Counted from the whole stretch's first letter, positions 35,601 to 47,543 are shown. The stretch: 63,995 nt of DNA, filler included, from Atractiella rhizophila (GCA_021432655.1; 4 parts of 4 records of this genome joined end to end with filler, not necessarily neighbours in it), one strand, 5' to 3'. Notes: a model not told the origin generated them from the sequence alone. Program-made: numbers and translations.

Positions 35601-37278
35601 TTGTTTTCTAACCGCGCTCTACTACAGACGTCGCATATTGACAACCTTTCGGGCTGATCTATGGTCAGACTAGTTGAGCTTCATAGGGCTGAGCGTCGAA
35701 GAGGCCTCGAGTTATAGCTACATACGCTAGCGGGTGTATCAGGTTCCTCAACTGCAGGTGCTTGAGGTTTAAACCCGACATTCGTTTGACGGTCCGATGA
35801 CTTGGGTAGTTAACTTCCGCGACTTACCCTGTCCCACGCCTTTCTCGAGACCCAGAGCGGCAACGGGGTCGACAGCACCTCCGATGTTTCTGTTCCTAAA
35901 AGAGAACCAGCAGTTGTTTTCTTCCGTCCGTCCGTTGTACCGTGAGACGAGTAAAGAATGCCATATATATACCAGCGGAAACCAAAATAGGCTTAATGTT
36001 GGGGCCTGGACGCCTGTATATCCTATGCGCTTGAGAGGATCGTTCGGCGGTCTACCCGGGGCTAACGGAGCCTGAAGTGGTAGTCGACGAGGATCCATAC
36101 TCGCTGGCTGAGGAGGGATAGCGCCGGGCATGATGGATGCTGATGAGGGCGGTATGGAAGCGTTGATTCGCGGGATATTGGCGAACTGAGCGGTAACAGC
36201 TTGAGCCTCGCGTTCCCGACGATCATGTCGCTCGGCGTGGCGTATCAGTAGGTCAGCTTTTAGATTGGAAGAAGGACAAGTCGGCGGAGGAGTTGGAGAA
36301 GGAGCGGTCCGGGAAGACCAGCGAAGTGCGGGGAAGGAGGGTTGTGCATGCATGGTCAGGATTCGAGTTCGGAGGAGAGAGGAAGCGGAGACGACTCACC
36401 ACGAACGAAGACTTTGGCACAACGGTCGCAGCTGTATATCTGGCTTGGAGTATCTGCATCCAGTTGCTTCATCAGTATTGATGCAACGACTAGTTAAATG
36501 AAGGGAGACGAACGATTCAGTCGGTGTCTACTCAAGTGGTCCGGTCTTCACGTAAACAAAGTCGTCAACATTCTGCTTGAGTGCGATAGGATGAGAAGGG
36601 AAGTACCTGCTAAAGACCTTCCCACATCCCTTTTGTCCCAACCCATCAACGATGCAATGAAATTGAGAGAAACGAAGTGCAGACCTCCCAAGTGCAAGGA
36701 AACTTGCGTCCATTGCCAGCATTCGAGTTTCTCCTCCTCCTTTTCTTACTTCCCTCTTCGACCATCTCGTCCTCTTCCTTTTCCACGCTTCCAGCACCAC
36801 CGCTTCCATTCCCACTTCCACCTGCAACTCCATTCCCATTCCCATTCCCCATACCCATAGCATTATCCGAGGCCATACCCTCTGCAAACTCATTCACGGT
36901 ACCATTCCTATGAGCTGACAACATCGAATCTACGCTCCCAGACTGAGGCTGCTGAGGAGGGAGACCAGTGAGGGACGCAGGAACATGTTGTTGGCCGTTC
37001 TGCTGGTTCTGCTGGAAGTTGGACATTGGAGCGAGTGCGAACTGATGGGGGTGAGTGGGGGATGGACGCTTGGGTGGGGTTGGTCCAAGTGAGTCACGCA
37101 TCGGCGATATCACGGTATCCCTCCTTCGTTTATCAGTCGGCGTATCAGCCTTTCGAAATCGATTATCAGTGCTCAGACGCTGGAACGAGGACAGATTGCA
37201 GGACTGAGACTGATAGGGGAAGACAGAAAGTTGGCTGGAGCCGAAGTCTGACAACCGTGAATGTGCGAGTTCATTCAT
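32690..37278 (-). CDS. C2H2 zinc-finger + Fungal_trans transcription factor (YPR022C-like); middle part mirror-written in the assembly
   Basis: Two spliced fingers, CTWEGCGKVFSRPDHLSRHRLNH and CDRCAKVFVRADLLIRHAERH, lie at about 36220-36700. The Fungal_trans domain is recoverable only from the un-reversed complement of 33231-36108. The C-terminus (LNGIAGLLHTIWELIKDSRWEI...DAMMMAP*) lies at 32983-32690. The start codon is uncertain. Confidence 0.85.
32984..33230. other. Assembly gap (247 N)
   Basis: Run of N inside the C2H2 TF gene, abutting the mirror-written block. Confidence 0.99.
33231..36108. other. Reversed-but-not-complemented (mirror) sequence block
   Basis: The complement read left to right gives exons and canonical introns continuing the TF (IPPQGNVGVGRQ..., LYWTRVHETQFPIIHKATF, WIAEESAKRCAFSAFLIDVEHAAIFRH, LPSDESVW). 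33231-33242 ATAGGGAGGAGT is the exact reverse of 36109-36120 TGAGGAGGGATA. Confidence 0.95.
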
Positions 37279-37467
37279 TTCATCTTTCCAAGCCTCGTGC
37301 AGGTCCTGTTCATCACCTTCAATCAACGAAATCGATCATGATGGAGATAATGTCGGACAATCTGTTGCACCCTCTTCTTTGACCTTCATTCGAAACAAGT
37401 CACACACAAGCTGGCGTCAACAGAACATACAATAATCACTTTCCTCGGTTCAATCATACCGCGGCCG

Positions 37468-37567
37468 NNNNNNNNNNNNNNNNNNNNNNNNNNNNNNNNN
37501 NNNNNNNNNNNTTAATTAATTAANNNNNNNNNNNNNNNNNNNNNNNNNNNNNNNNNNNNNNNNNNNN
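37468..37567. other. Artificial contig linker (N44-TTAATTAATTAA-N44)
   Basis: Same 100-bp structure, with the core at 37512-37523. Confidence 0.95.
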
Positions 37568-37599
37568 CCTTCACTTCCTTATTGTCACTATTGCTTAGA

Positions 37600-39877
37600 A
37601 CGGAGACAGAAAGAAGAAAAATCGCACGATGATTCTCTCTCCTCGCTGGATACGAAGCTCAAGAAAGCCTCCATGGCATACGACAAGACGCGCACCGCTA
37701 ATTCGGTTCCTGATCCGGCGTCACAGAGCAAATACCTTACACTGCTCAACACGCTCTCATCTGAGATGTCGTTGGCGAAACAAAGACATGCGGCACTGAT
37801 GGGGCTGAGAAGGACGGAAGTTGTGGTGGAAGTTGCGCGTGTACTTGGAGGTGTTGGAGAGAGCGAGTGGAGGCGAACCTGCGAGGGCATCAGGAAGGGA
37901 GGGAAAGAGATAGGAGGTGTAGTAGAGTGGACTACATATTGTGGACTTGGAGTGGGAAAGATGTCGGGAATTGTAGCTAGCGATTTTTCGGAAAAGGACA
38001 AGGAGAGGGAGCGACGAGATGAGAAGAAGGAGAAGGAGTCTACAGTCACCTTCGCCGATCCGCCTTCGTCCAGGAGAGATTCGACCATCCGACCCCTTCC
38101 GAGTCAACCGAAATCTCCACCTCTTCCTTCCGCCATCAAACAAAACACCATGACTTCCCCAACCCCTGAACCCTCTCCCTCACTTTCAACACAGACACAA
38201 CCTCAAAAGTCTACAACTCCAACTTCTCCCTCCGAACGTCCACAAGCAGGGAATCCGAAGCCAGTTGCAAATCAGGCGGACTCAGCTCCGCTCGCAACTG
38301 TTGCGGAGGAGAAAACAGCTTCGTGGGGTTCTCCTCGGGAAGGGAGAACGTACGGATCCACCACCTCCCCGCCTCAGCCGCAACCCAGCTCTCAAAGAAC
38401 ATCCGGACAGTTCTCCCCTCGCCTACCCTCCAATCCTGATATCCCAAATCTGCTGCAGAAACCAGATCAGGATCGGCCTCTTCCTTTGTCGTCGTCACCG
38501 AAGATGGTCGACGACGGGCAACTACCTCCTCAGTATTCGCCTGGGATGATGAAGTTTCCGTTGAGGGAGAAGGAAGGTTTCGCGGATAGCAACAATGCTT
38601 CTACGTCTGGATCAGGAAGCAATACTTCGAGTAATATCGTCCCTCCTACCCCGAGAGACGAAGATGGACGACCGCGATTTGAAAAGGGAGAAATTGATAG
38701 TTTGCTTCGCAAGGGCTTCACGATGGAGGAGATCGAGGACGGGGACGATCGACAAAGCTTGGTCTCACCTATTCTGGGGAAAAATAAGTTTTGGTCGGAC
38801 CTACCTAATCCTGCTCCGCCTATTCAACATCAACAACGCATACCTCCTCACCAGCATCAGCAACAGCAACGCCCCCTCCCCACGCCCCAACCCCAGCCGC
38901 AGCCAGATAGGAGGATGTCGACATATGAGGGCGACCTGCCGCCGATGCCGATGCCTCAACCGATACCTCAGACGAGCAGAAGACACACGATGGACCCGTA
39001 TTCCATGTCGCAATCAGGCTTCTCGCAAGGATCTTATGGCATGTCACATTCCCAACATGGAGGAGGAGGTCAAGGAATAGGAAGAGCAGGAGGAAGAGTA
39101 GAAAGAACGTTGAGCATTGAGAGCACAGACAGTTCCCGCTCTTTCGTCGCAGAGATGAAGCGCCGGTACGCCGCTGAGAAGGACTCGCGTAACTCTCAGC
39201 CTCACCCGCAGGGTAATAATTACAGACGCGTCTCCTCCCCTCCCATCCCCATACCATCTAATCACGGAGGGAGAGTGGCGGACCTTGCTTCCCGGTACAC
39301 TGCCACGCCTCCCCTCGATCAATCCTACCCTTCTTCCACGACGAGCTCAAGACACATGATGCCGACTCACCAAAGCAGACATAGTACTTCTGTCCTCCCG
39401 CCCCCTGGCTCTCTTGGTCTTAGATCCTCCCCGCGTCCATCAGACTCTTACTCTCGAGACCGAGACGACCGTCGACTGAATTATCCGGAAGAGAACGAGT
39501 ATGTCGATCGAAACAGACGTTATAGCAACTCCAATCTACAGCAGCAGCGGAACCTCGAGAGTTTGGTCGTCGAGGAACAGGAGCGGGAAAGGTATGGAGG
39601 AGGGGGTGGAGGCAGTGGGAGTCGACCTGGCAGTCGGCCACCGTCAGCGCAGGACAGACAACATCCGCCCAATTGCGGTTGCTTTAGGTGTATGAAGGAG
39701 TATGGCGTCAGTGGTTCTCCAAGAGGAAGTCCCGGGATGGGTCCTAGTGCAGGAGGGGATTTGAGGGAGTTTGGAACGCTTGACGGTGGGAGAGAGAGAC
39801 CGGAGGAGAGGTATTATGGGGATGAGAGGTACGGCTCGAATATGAGCTCTAGTGGTGGTGGTCATCGGAGAGAGTGA
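37600..39877 (+). CDS. 5'-truncated protein: helical (possibly I-BAR/IMD-like) segment followed by long Pro/Ser-rich disordered tail
   Basis: Open frame of more than 730 codons starting just after the linker. The N-terminal part is amphipathic/coiled-coil (LDTKLKKASMAYDK...YLTLLNTLSSEM...EWRRTCEGIRKGG). The domain assignment is tentative. Confidence 0.7.
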
Positions 39878-40152
39878 AGGAGGGTTTTTGGGATTGATGG
39901 ACTGACGATTTTGGATGCACACTGATGATTTCTGGTCGCAGTGAAGAGATTGATTGTTTCAAGTACATGTACTTTATCCTTCAATATTCGGTTGATATTT
40001 TGCTTTCTATTCCTCTGTTGTATCTCCATCTCCACTACTGGTGGATGAATATTCGAATAGTCACGTTGTTGAATTGAATTAATCGCACACTGAACATCGT
40101 ACCTTTAACATTTAGGAATTTATGATAAATTCATTCTCGTGAGCTTAACATG

Positions 40153-41977
40153 TCAAACCCCAATCGTATTCCCACCAATCTTGCCGACATCCTCAAAAAC
40201 AGTCTTTGTGGTCAAGAAATGCTCCGGAAACCATCTCGGTCGCTCCCACTCCTCTCCAGCCAGATCAGACACCACCATTTGAGCCAATGCTTCCCCACAA
40301 GCAGGTGCTCTGGTCATTCCATGACCAGTGTATCCCGCACTGCATTTACATTTAGTCTTAGAGCAGAGACAGTAAGAGAAAGAAGAAGGCACGAACCTCA
40401 TCCATTGCCCTTTCAGTACCTTCCCTTTCGAATCGACCACCGGTCCGACCTATCATCACGTCTTCTCTCAACAGCTGTACAGTGTATGGCACAGCAGCAG
40501 AGGGGGACGAACCCAAGGGTCTTCAGATCGAGTGAATCCCATCACACCCGTCCACTCCTTCTGTACCTTCACATCCTCCTCCTCTTTCCAATAGCGTGGG
40601 AACCAGCCCTTTAAGAACCGTCTGAGGTACTCTCCCACCCTTTCGTCTGTAGAGCTGTCGTCGGAGTTCGCGTACTCGAAGGTAGGAAAAGTGGCATGCC
40701 GTCCGCCTCCTAGGATTATCTCTCCTCCTCCCCTGCTGCCCTCTTCACCCTCTTCTTCGCTTACAGTCTGGTTCACAGAGCCGGCAGTAGGAGCAGAAGA
40801 TGCTGGAGCGAAGGGCCGTTGGAAGAAGTACTCGAATCCTTCCTCTGCAGATAGCGCGCATGTCCAGATCGCTTTCGTTGGAATTGGTGGTGGGACGGCT
40901 ATACACTGGCCTCTTGTGGGAACGACAGAGTGTGGATGGTTCGAAGCGAGGTGAGGGAGAAGATGTGAGATATAAGCGTTGGTAGCGTGGACGATGGTGG
41001 GTGCGCGGATGGATCCTCTGGGAGTGGAACAGGTGTAGATACCGCTTGAAGAGGGTGAGGAGATGGAGGTGCAGGGTGTGTGTGTGTAGAGAGAGAAGTG
41101 GAGGAAGGGGAGGGAGGAGGTGAGAAAGAGGACGGAGTCGAAAAGGTGCGATACCAGTTTGCGTGGGAACAGGTTGTTGCCGTCAGGCAGACAAAGCGCG
41201 GAATGGATCACTTCCTTCGACGCGCCGAGCTTCTATTCATATCCATCAGCACGTCGTAGCATCCAAGGATCCTAGCCTTGTTGGAGAGAAAACGAAAGCA
41301 CACAATTTCTACCTGCCTTTCATCCAACCAAACTAATCCCTCGACCTCCCTCCTCCCCGCCTCCCTCGCAGCCTCCAACTCCACTCTCACCTCCTCCGCC
41401 TCCTCTCGATTCTTAAAGATCTGCACTCTCCCTCCATTCGCCCAATCCACCTCCCTCTTCAAATTGTTCGTTTCCAAAAAATCGAGCACTTTGGAAAGTG
41501 AATACCTCTCCAAATCCACCGCTTGATGTGCAGCCTCTACACCGTGCTTAGATGTGCAAGTAGCGAAGCCAAAGCATCCAGTGGGGGCGAGATGGCCACC
41601 GTTCCTTCCTGAATATTCAATCAATCCATCAGCACCTCGAATTTCAAGGAAAAGGGAGAAAACCCACCAGTAGCGCCTGAGCAAAATTCCCTAGCCTCTA
41701 ACATCGCGATCCTCAGCTTGTCGCCTCGAACTTTGAGCCCCTCGATCCCCCCTCGTCTTTGGAGGAGTTTCGCGAGCTCGTGCGCAAAGGATACGCCGGT
41801 GATTCCGCTCCCGAGGACGAGGATGTCGACTTCGTCGGGAAGGGGACTGTGCTCGCCATGGTTCGCGTGTGGACTAGGGAATTCGAGCCAGTAGGATGGT
41901 GGAGCTGATGCATTTGGGAGGCATGACGGTGGGAAGGAGACTGGGAGGGACGAGGCCACGGTTACATAGGATGCCAT
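40153..41977 (-). CDS. FAD-dependent oxidoreductase (DAO family)
   Basis: Rossmann motif DILVLGSGITG, MLEAREFCSGAT|GRNGGHL, IVHATNAYISHLLP, PTRGQC, EWTGVMGFTRSEDPWVG, AGYTGHGMTRAPACGEALA. Confidence 0.92.
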
Positions 41978-42114
41978 GGTGGAATGGACCGGAAGCCAAA
42001 AAATCAAAATGGTGCCCAACAACCCGGAAGTTAAGAACAAAAGCAATCAAGCTGCTCGGGAAAAAAAAGAACATAATTCTCAGCTGAGCACTCAAGTACC
42101 CAGCAGCAGCCAAT

Positions 42115-43443
42115 ATGCTGTGCACACGATGCGCTTTCCCATTTACTCTCCACCGTCTCACCCTTCGGCAGTACTCCGTTCTCCCAGAAGGATCTACCAA
42201 GTACGAGTTCCATATTCCTTCGTCCTCACTCACTCTCACCGCACAATACCGAATAAGTAGGACCCAAAAGAGAAAACGAGAGGAAGAGAAGGACACCCCA
42301 ACTATCTCTGTCTGGGAGCCAGAAGAAAAGGAAAAGCTCCCATCCGACGACACAGCTTCCACACGAGGAAGAACCGACAACCATCTCGAGCTCCTTTCAC
42401 CTCGTCCGAACTCGCGGCGCTCAAGCACAAACATAGAATGGTATCGAGCTCCACGGCGGCACCGAACAACAAGAACCACCGCGTCATCATCGTCCGGCTC
42501 ACGCTCAGAGGGAGGAGGTGAACGCAAGTCGGACGTATTTCGACACGCCTTCGAACGCTTCGTCAGCCTCGACATCGAACCAGAGCCTAGTCCCACCCCC
42601 AATCCACCGCAAGAACATCCCGACCCTGAAAACCACGACAAGTCTCGCCAACGGCTCAAGCTCAAACCGTGGATTGGTCGAGAGATGATTCCTACGCTTC
42701 AAACGTTAAAGCTTCTTCGGGACCCTGAGCACCAGAAGGCCTTACGGCGAATTCGGGATAAGGAACGGGAGGCGAAAAGGAAGTGGCGGAAACGAGTGGA
42801 TATGAATAATCTTTTCTTGCGCGCTTCGAGGACTTTGCCTGGTTTTCGAGAACCTTTCAATCCTGCACCTCCTTTGAGAGAAACCTTTGCAGTCGGCATT
42901 CAGCTACCTAGATTGCTGACATCACCCCCTGCTTTGAACCTCGCTATGTGGGATCCGAACGATCGTTGGTCCCACAGGATAGCTCGGATTGATAGGGTAG
43001 ATCGTGCGCTTCAATATTCCACAAACACAGACACGAAACCAAAGTTCAAAAAGGTGATCGCTTATTTCATCAAGAAGGAAGATGCGGAAGATGCAGTCAA
43101 GAATGGGTTTCTATTCGAAGGGAAGAGATACGACGCTTGGTGGCCCGACAAACAGTCGGTCAAACAATGCATGCGGTGTCAACAACTAAATCATCTCCTC
43201 GAAGATTGTAAAAGCCAACATCCGGTCTGCCCGTTCTGCTCAAAACCTCATTCTGCATCCGAATGTAACTTGACGAGGAAGATGAAGACGGGGTTCACTT
43301 GCGCTCTCTGTGGTGGAGATCATCCTTCTTTTCGCAGCTCAAAATGTCCAGTTTGGTGGCAGCATAGGGTGGCTTCGAAGGCTGCTTTGAGTTCCGAGTT
43401 AGCTGTTGATACCCAATCGCATGAATATCATGAGGAATCTTGA
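42115..43443 (+). CDS. Intronless LINE ORF1/Gag-like protein (RRM-like + three CCHC knuckles), no ORF2
   Basis: KKVIAYFIKKEDAEDAVKNGFLFEGKRY is followed by CMRCQQLNHLLEDC, CPFCSKPHSASEC and CALCGGDHPSFRSSKCP. This is the triple-knuckle layout of fungal Tad1-type non-LTR ORF1. Confidence 0.75.
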   Translation: MLCTRCAFPFTLHRLTLRQYSVLPEGSTKYEFHIPSSSLTLTAQYRISRTQKRKREEEKDTPTISVWEPEEKEKLPSDDTASTRGRTDNHLELLSPRPNSRRSSTNIEWYRAPRRHRTTRTTASSSSGSRSEGGGERKSDVFRHAFERFVSLDIEPEPSPTPNPPQEHPDPENHDKSRQRLKLKPWIGREMIPTLQTLKLLRDPEHQKALRRIRDKEREAKRKWRKRVDMNNLFLRASRTLPGFREPFNPAPPLRETFAVGIQLPRLLTSPPALNLAMWDPNDRWSHRIARIDRVDRALQYSTNTDTKPKFKKVIAYFIKKEDAEDAVKNGFLFEGKRYDAWWPDKQSVKQCMRCQQLNHLLEDCKSQHPVCPFCSKPHSASECNLTRKMKTGFTCALCGGDHPSFRSSKCPVWWQHRVASKAALSSELAVDTQSHEYHEES

Positions 43444-43572
43444 CTTCTAATTTTTGCACACCCTCATCGTTTGCGCTCCCTGAAAACAAACATGATGCTA
43501 TTGCGAAGTTTGTACATGGAAATGGCGAATTGTCCACTGATGTCATCAAAAAAAACAGCGATAACCAGATCT

Positions 43573-45646
43573 CTATGCCCGCAGGTGAAGCAAAATCTCG
43601 TCGGATTTGCCCTGAATCACAGTTAGTTACTGAACAAATATTCTGGAAAAAAAAGAGAAAACAACCTTGTATCCCAGTTTCTTTTTCAAGCGTGCAACCT
43701 CTAAGTCCTCGAAATATTCATGGAGAGCTCGCGATTGCTGAGATAATCATATCAGCACATAATGTTCAGAACGCTGTAGCGGAAGAAGAACCTGGTACTT
43801 CTTCCTGCTGTTCGCCCACTCCACTTCTTCCTCCTGAATCTGCCTCTTCAACTTCTTGTTCTCCGCCTTCAGCTCCGCGAGGGTCTTCTCCAAACTCGCC
43901 TTGGTGGCCTTGCCACCAGTACTGGCGAAGGAAGTAGTGATGGCTGGGAGGATATGAGATGTTAAACATTCTTGAAGACTAGTCTTGATAGGTTTGCTCA
44001 GTGAGGCGGCGTGAGACTGGAAAGCCTTTGTCAGAGCGGCCGCAATGATGGACGTCGGGGAGCCTTCTTCCTCAATTGCCATTTCTGTCTCCAGTTCATT
44101 ATCAGAAACCAAGCCCGACTTTGACCTTTTCGATTTCGGATTTGACTTTGGAAGGTCTTCAACCTCTTTGCGTTTCTTGCCCTTGGTCATGGCTAGCTGC
44201 GACTCTACCTCGACCACTTTTGACTCTGATCCCTTCCCATTCTTCTTCTCCTTTTTCGCTGCTCTCTGCACGGGAGGGACCTGTTGAGCTTTCGGAATGT
44301 TGTTCTGGCGTTGTAACCGTTTCTCTTCTTCATCGACGTCCGATACCTCCTCGGATGGAGGAGAACAATCTACTTTGGACCTTTTGGCTTTCTTTGGATG
44401 GGACTGGTCGGCTCTCTCCTCTTCATCGTTAGGCGCGTCTCGCGTTTTCCTCTTCAGGTTCCGATTTTTCTGAACAGGAAAGGGAGGGGATGAATGAAGA
44501 GGTTCGAGTTCGAGTTCGACGCCGACACCTGCAATCTTCCTCTTTCGTTTATTTGCGGCGTCTTTCGAACTCGCAGGCCCAGGTGCTGATTTTGTGACGA
44601 TGACTTTTTCCTTGTGGCCCACATTTTCTTCCTCTATTCCGTCAGATTGGAGCTTCGAGCTCTTCACTCTCTTCGTAGGCCCGCCCTCCTCCTCGCCAGC
44701 GGCACCCTTCGTCCTTTTCCGCTTTGAACCCGTCTCTTTGTCGTCAGATGCAGCCGACACCTTCTTTGCCTTCTTCCTTAATTCTCGATCCACCTGTTCA
44801 TTTTCTTCTTCCTCTTCGAGGGCCTTCTTTTCCTTTCCTGACTTCTTAACAGATATCTCGACCGGCATTTCTGGTTCCTTCTCTCTAACCTTGCCCTTCC
44901 GTTTAGTTTTCTCGACTGAATGTAGATCCTCCTTCACGTCCACGTCTTCATCCTGTTTCCGAAGTTGTTTCTTGCGCGTACCTTTACTCGGTTGCTCCTC
45001 CACGTCTCCCTCGTCCTCTTCTTCCTCTACCACCTTTCGTTTGCTCTTCGCTGTCTTACTTGGTATCTTCGCGAGAGTAGTGTCCTCTTTGCTCGTACTG
45101 TTCTTTCCCTTTCCCTTTCCCTTTCTTCTCTTCTCTGTCGGCGCCGCATCTCCATCACTGCCTTCAGCTTCTACAACCTCCACTGGAGTCACGCCCCTCT
45201 TTCTCTTCGACTTCCCTTCCTTCTTCGATGGTGAGAAAATAGCGGGTCGCATAGTCTCCATCTCTCCAGCCGCCGTCTTGTTCCTATTCCGGCCCTTACT
45301 TGTGGGAGGAGGCGGGCGAACTGTCCTTTCCGAGCTATTGGTCTTCGTGCGCGTCCTCGTCCTCCCGTTTCGCGTTGTTGGAATTGTGGGCACCTCATCG
45401 ACCTCAACCTGAGGAGGAGAGTGAGGATTCGTATTTGGATTGCGAGAGGTCGCCGCGTTCGCTGCTGCTCGTGAGGTGGACGCTTGATGGGGAGGTTCGT
45501 CTACCATTAGAGGTGCAGTGGAGAAATCGAAAGAAGCTTCTGTGCCATCTGAATCTGAATCGAACGTTGTATACTGAGTTACGGCGGTGTTCTTTCCCAC
45601 GCGCGTGTTCGTATTCTTTGTAGTGGAGACTGAGGTCTGCTTCTCG
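43573..45646 (-). CDS. Lys/Glu-rich nuclear-type protein with C-terminal coiled coil (5' truncated)
   Basis: Frame of more than 600 codons with many KRKR clusters and coiled coil LEKTLAELKAENKKLKRQIQEEE. Two further small exons end at ...LLHLRA*. The 5' end is cut by the linker. Confidence 0.7.
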
Positions 45647-45746
45647 NNNNNNNNNNNNNNNNNNNNNNNNNNNNNNNNNNNNNNNNNNNNTTAATTAATT
45701 AANNNNNNNNNNNNNNNNNNNNNNNNNNNNNNNNNNNNNNNNNNNN
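45647..45746. other. Artificial contig linker (N44-TTAATTAATTAA-N44)
   Basis: Same 100-bp structure, with the core at 45691-45702. Confidence 0.95.
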
Positions 45747-45989
45747 GGAAGAAAACTTGAGGATCAAAGGATCCATCCATTGGTTAAGGTCTTGGGAACA
45801 GACTGGTATAGCCTGCATGTACACTGCAATCTGACAGAACTCAGGTGGCTCTATCATTAGTTTTCAAACGAGATTCAAAAGCCTGTCTCCTAATCATTCC
45901 ACATATGCACAAGAACATGGGGCACTGATTTCTGTAGATATTTTTGATGATTCCTCAGAATGAAACTTCCTGATCCAGAAAGGACACAA

Positions 45990-47498
45990 CTAATCATCGT
46001 CATCATAATCATAGTCGGCTCCTACGTGCAATCATGGGTTCATAAAGGATTGTCACGGCCGCAAAACTCACCATCTGGACTTTCATCTCTGAAGGCTTTC
46101 CTGTAATACCCCGCTTCGGAGTCGACATCGCTCTCATCATCCTCATCGTCTTCGCCTTCAGGATAATCGTTGCGATAGAAATCCTCATCTGCATTCCACC
46201 GTCATGGTCAATTCGCAAGACCCAAGTGAGGCGAAGACGCAAGGAGCCATTTGGCATACCATTAGAGTCCTCATCTGCTTCATCTGGCGCCTCTTCATCT
46301 GTGTCTGCGTTATTCTCGTCGACAAGAATATCTCCGTCTTCAAGGCCCGCACTACCAGTCAATGAGACGGCTACTGCAGGGACGGGAGGGAAAGAGGACG
46401 AACACAATGCCAATTCGTTGTAAGCCAGCAAGACTCCCCACATCATTTTGGTCTCCAACATCAGTTGATGCAGGGGTGAGATCCGGGTAATAGACGTCGT
46501 ATACATAGTCGCCTTCTGGAGGAGGTGGAGCAGTGCCTTCTTTTGCCTTGCCCTCTTTCTCCACATCGTCCTGCACTATAGGTCCGCCATCACATTACTT
46601 TCGAACATGATGAATAAAAGAAATAAGACGCACAGACGAGATATTTCTCGACCATCTCCAACAACACTCTGTCCTCCTCTTTCTTCCCCAGCAACTTGAC
46701 ACCACTTCCCTCTATCCCATCAGTCTCGTCCTCCGCCACAGCATCAATGATCCTCATCTTCCCGGGTTCCTGTTTGACACCTTCCGGTGAAGGATCATCG
46801 ATATCCATCGCGATATCCTCGTCTTTCTGTCTGACGACGCGGAAACGCAAGGGACCACTGTTTGGAGGAGGAGCGATGGGTTTGCCGGGATGTGACTTTA
46901 GGATTGGAGCTCGACGGAGAGCTGAAGAGCGCTTATATTTCTTCGTTGGAGGGTCTTCGCTGGTTGAAGCTGTTGGAAGAGAAGCAAGAGCAGCAGGAGG
47001 GGACGACATGGAGGCGGTTGGCGCAGCGGATGGGAGGGACTTTAAGACGGGGGGTTTGAGAAACGCCTGGTGAAAGATAAGCCGATTGGAGAGGAAGAAA
47101 TATTTGGACGATATACCTGCATCATTGACTGAGAGCTCATGGCGCTCCATTCGGACTCCTCGACTGTCTTTGCAAACTTGTATTTCCTTCCTTCACACAA
47201 ACCAATTACTTTCCATCCTCGTGTAAATCACCACGGATAAAGTACGCACCATGTTCCAAAGGGCTCGTCAGTCCTTCTCCTGGCTCATCAGCGGCCAAAT
47301 CACTCCTGCTACGCTTCACACCCTTCTTCCCAGCTGCATCCTGCAACACTACCCGCCAACGTGAGCTCATACATCCGAGAAACAACGTGCATACGTCGCA
47401 CCTAGTGTTTCGAGCGGATTATGGTCTGCTTGTCGCTTGCGCTTGATACGGAGAACGGAGAGATAGGCTGGATCTTGTGGAGGGATGGCAGTCGCCAT
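45990..47498 (-). CDS. IWR1: RNA polymerase II nuclear import factor Iwr1
   Basis: N-terminal MATAIPPQDPAYLSVLRIKRKRQADHNPLETL, then DYVYDVYY and DEDSN|...FYRNDYPEGED with an acidic tail. These are hallmark Iwr1 motifs. Confidence 0.85.
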
Positions 47499-47543
47499 TT
47501 CTCGTCGTCGGTCACCACCAACTGAGTTTTATAAAGCCTGGTA

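Noticed and set aside
33234..36075. ORF-track entries inside the mirror block (e.g. 33625-33816, 33929-34204, 35797-36075, distal part of 35769-36353)
   Set aside because: They are spurious. The information in this block reads only as the un-reversed complement.
33231..36120. Mirror block as genuine biology (parallel-strand copying or an H-DNA mirror repeat)
   Set aside because: It abuts an N gap, duplicates a 12-nt contig-end overlap and would destroy an otherwise intact gene. A software error is far more parsimonious unless raw reads say otherwise.
36800..36860. (CCCATT)n tandem repeat
   Set aside because: It is coding low-complexity sequence (GNGNG/MGMG) within the C2H2 TF, not a telomeric or CRISPR-like array.
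42115..43700. Active full-length LINE element
   Set aside because: There is no room for, and no trace of, an endonuclease/RT ORF. Host genes flank it tightly on both sides.
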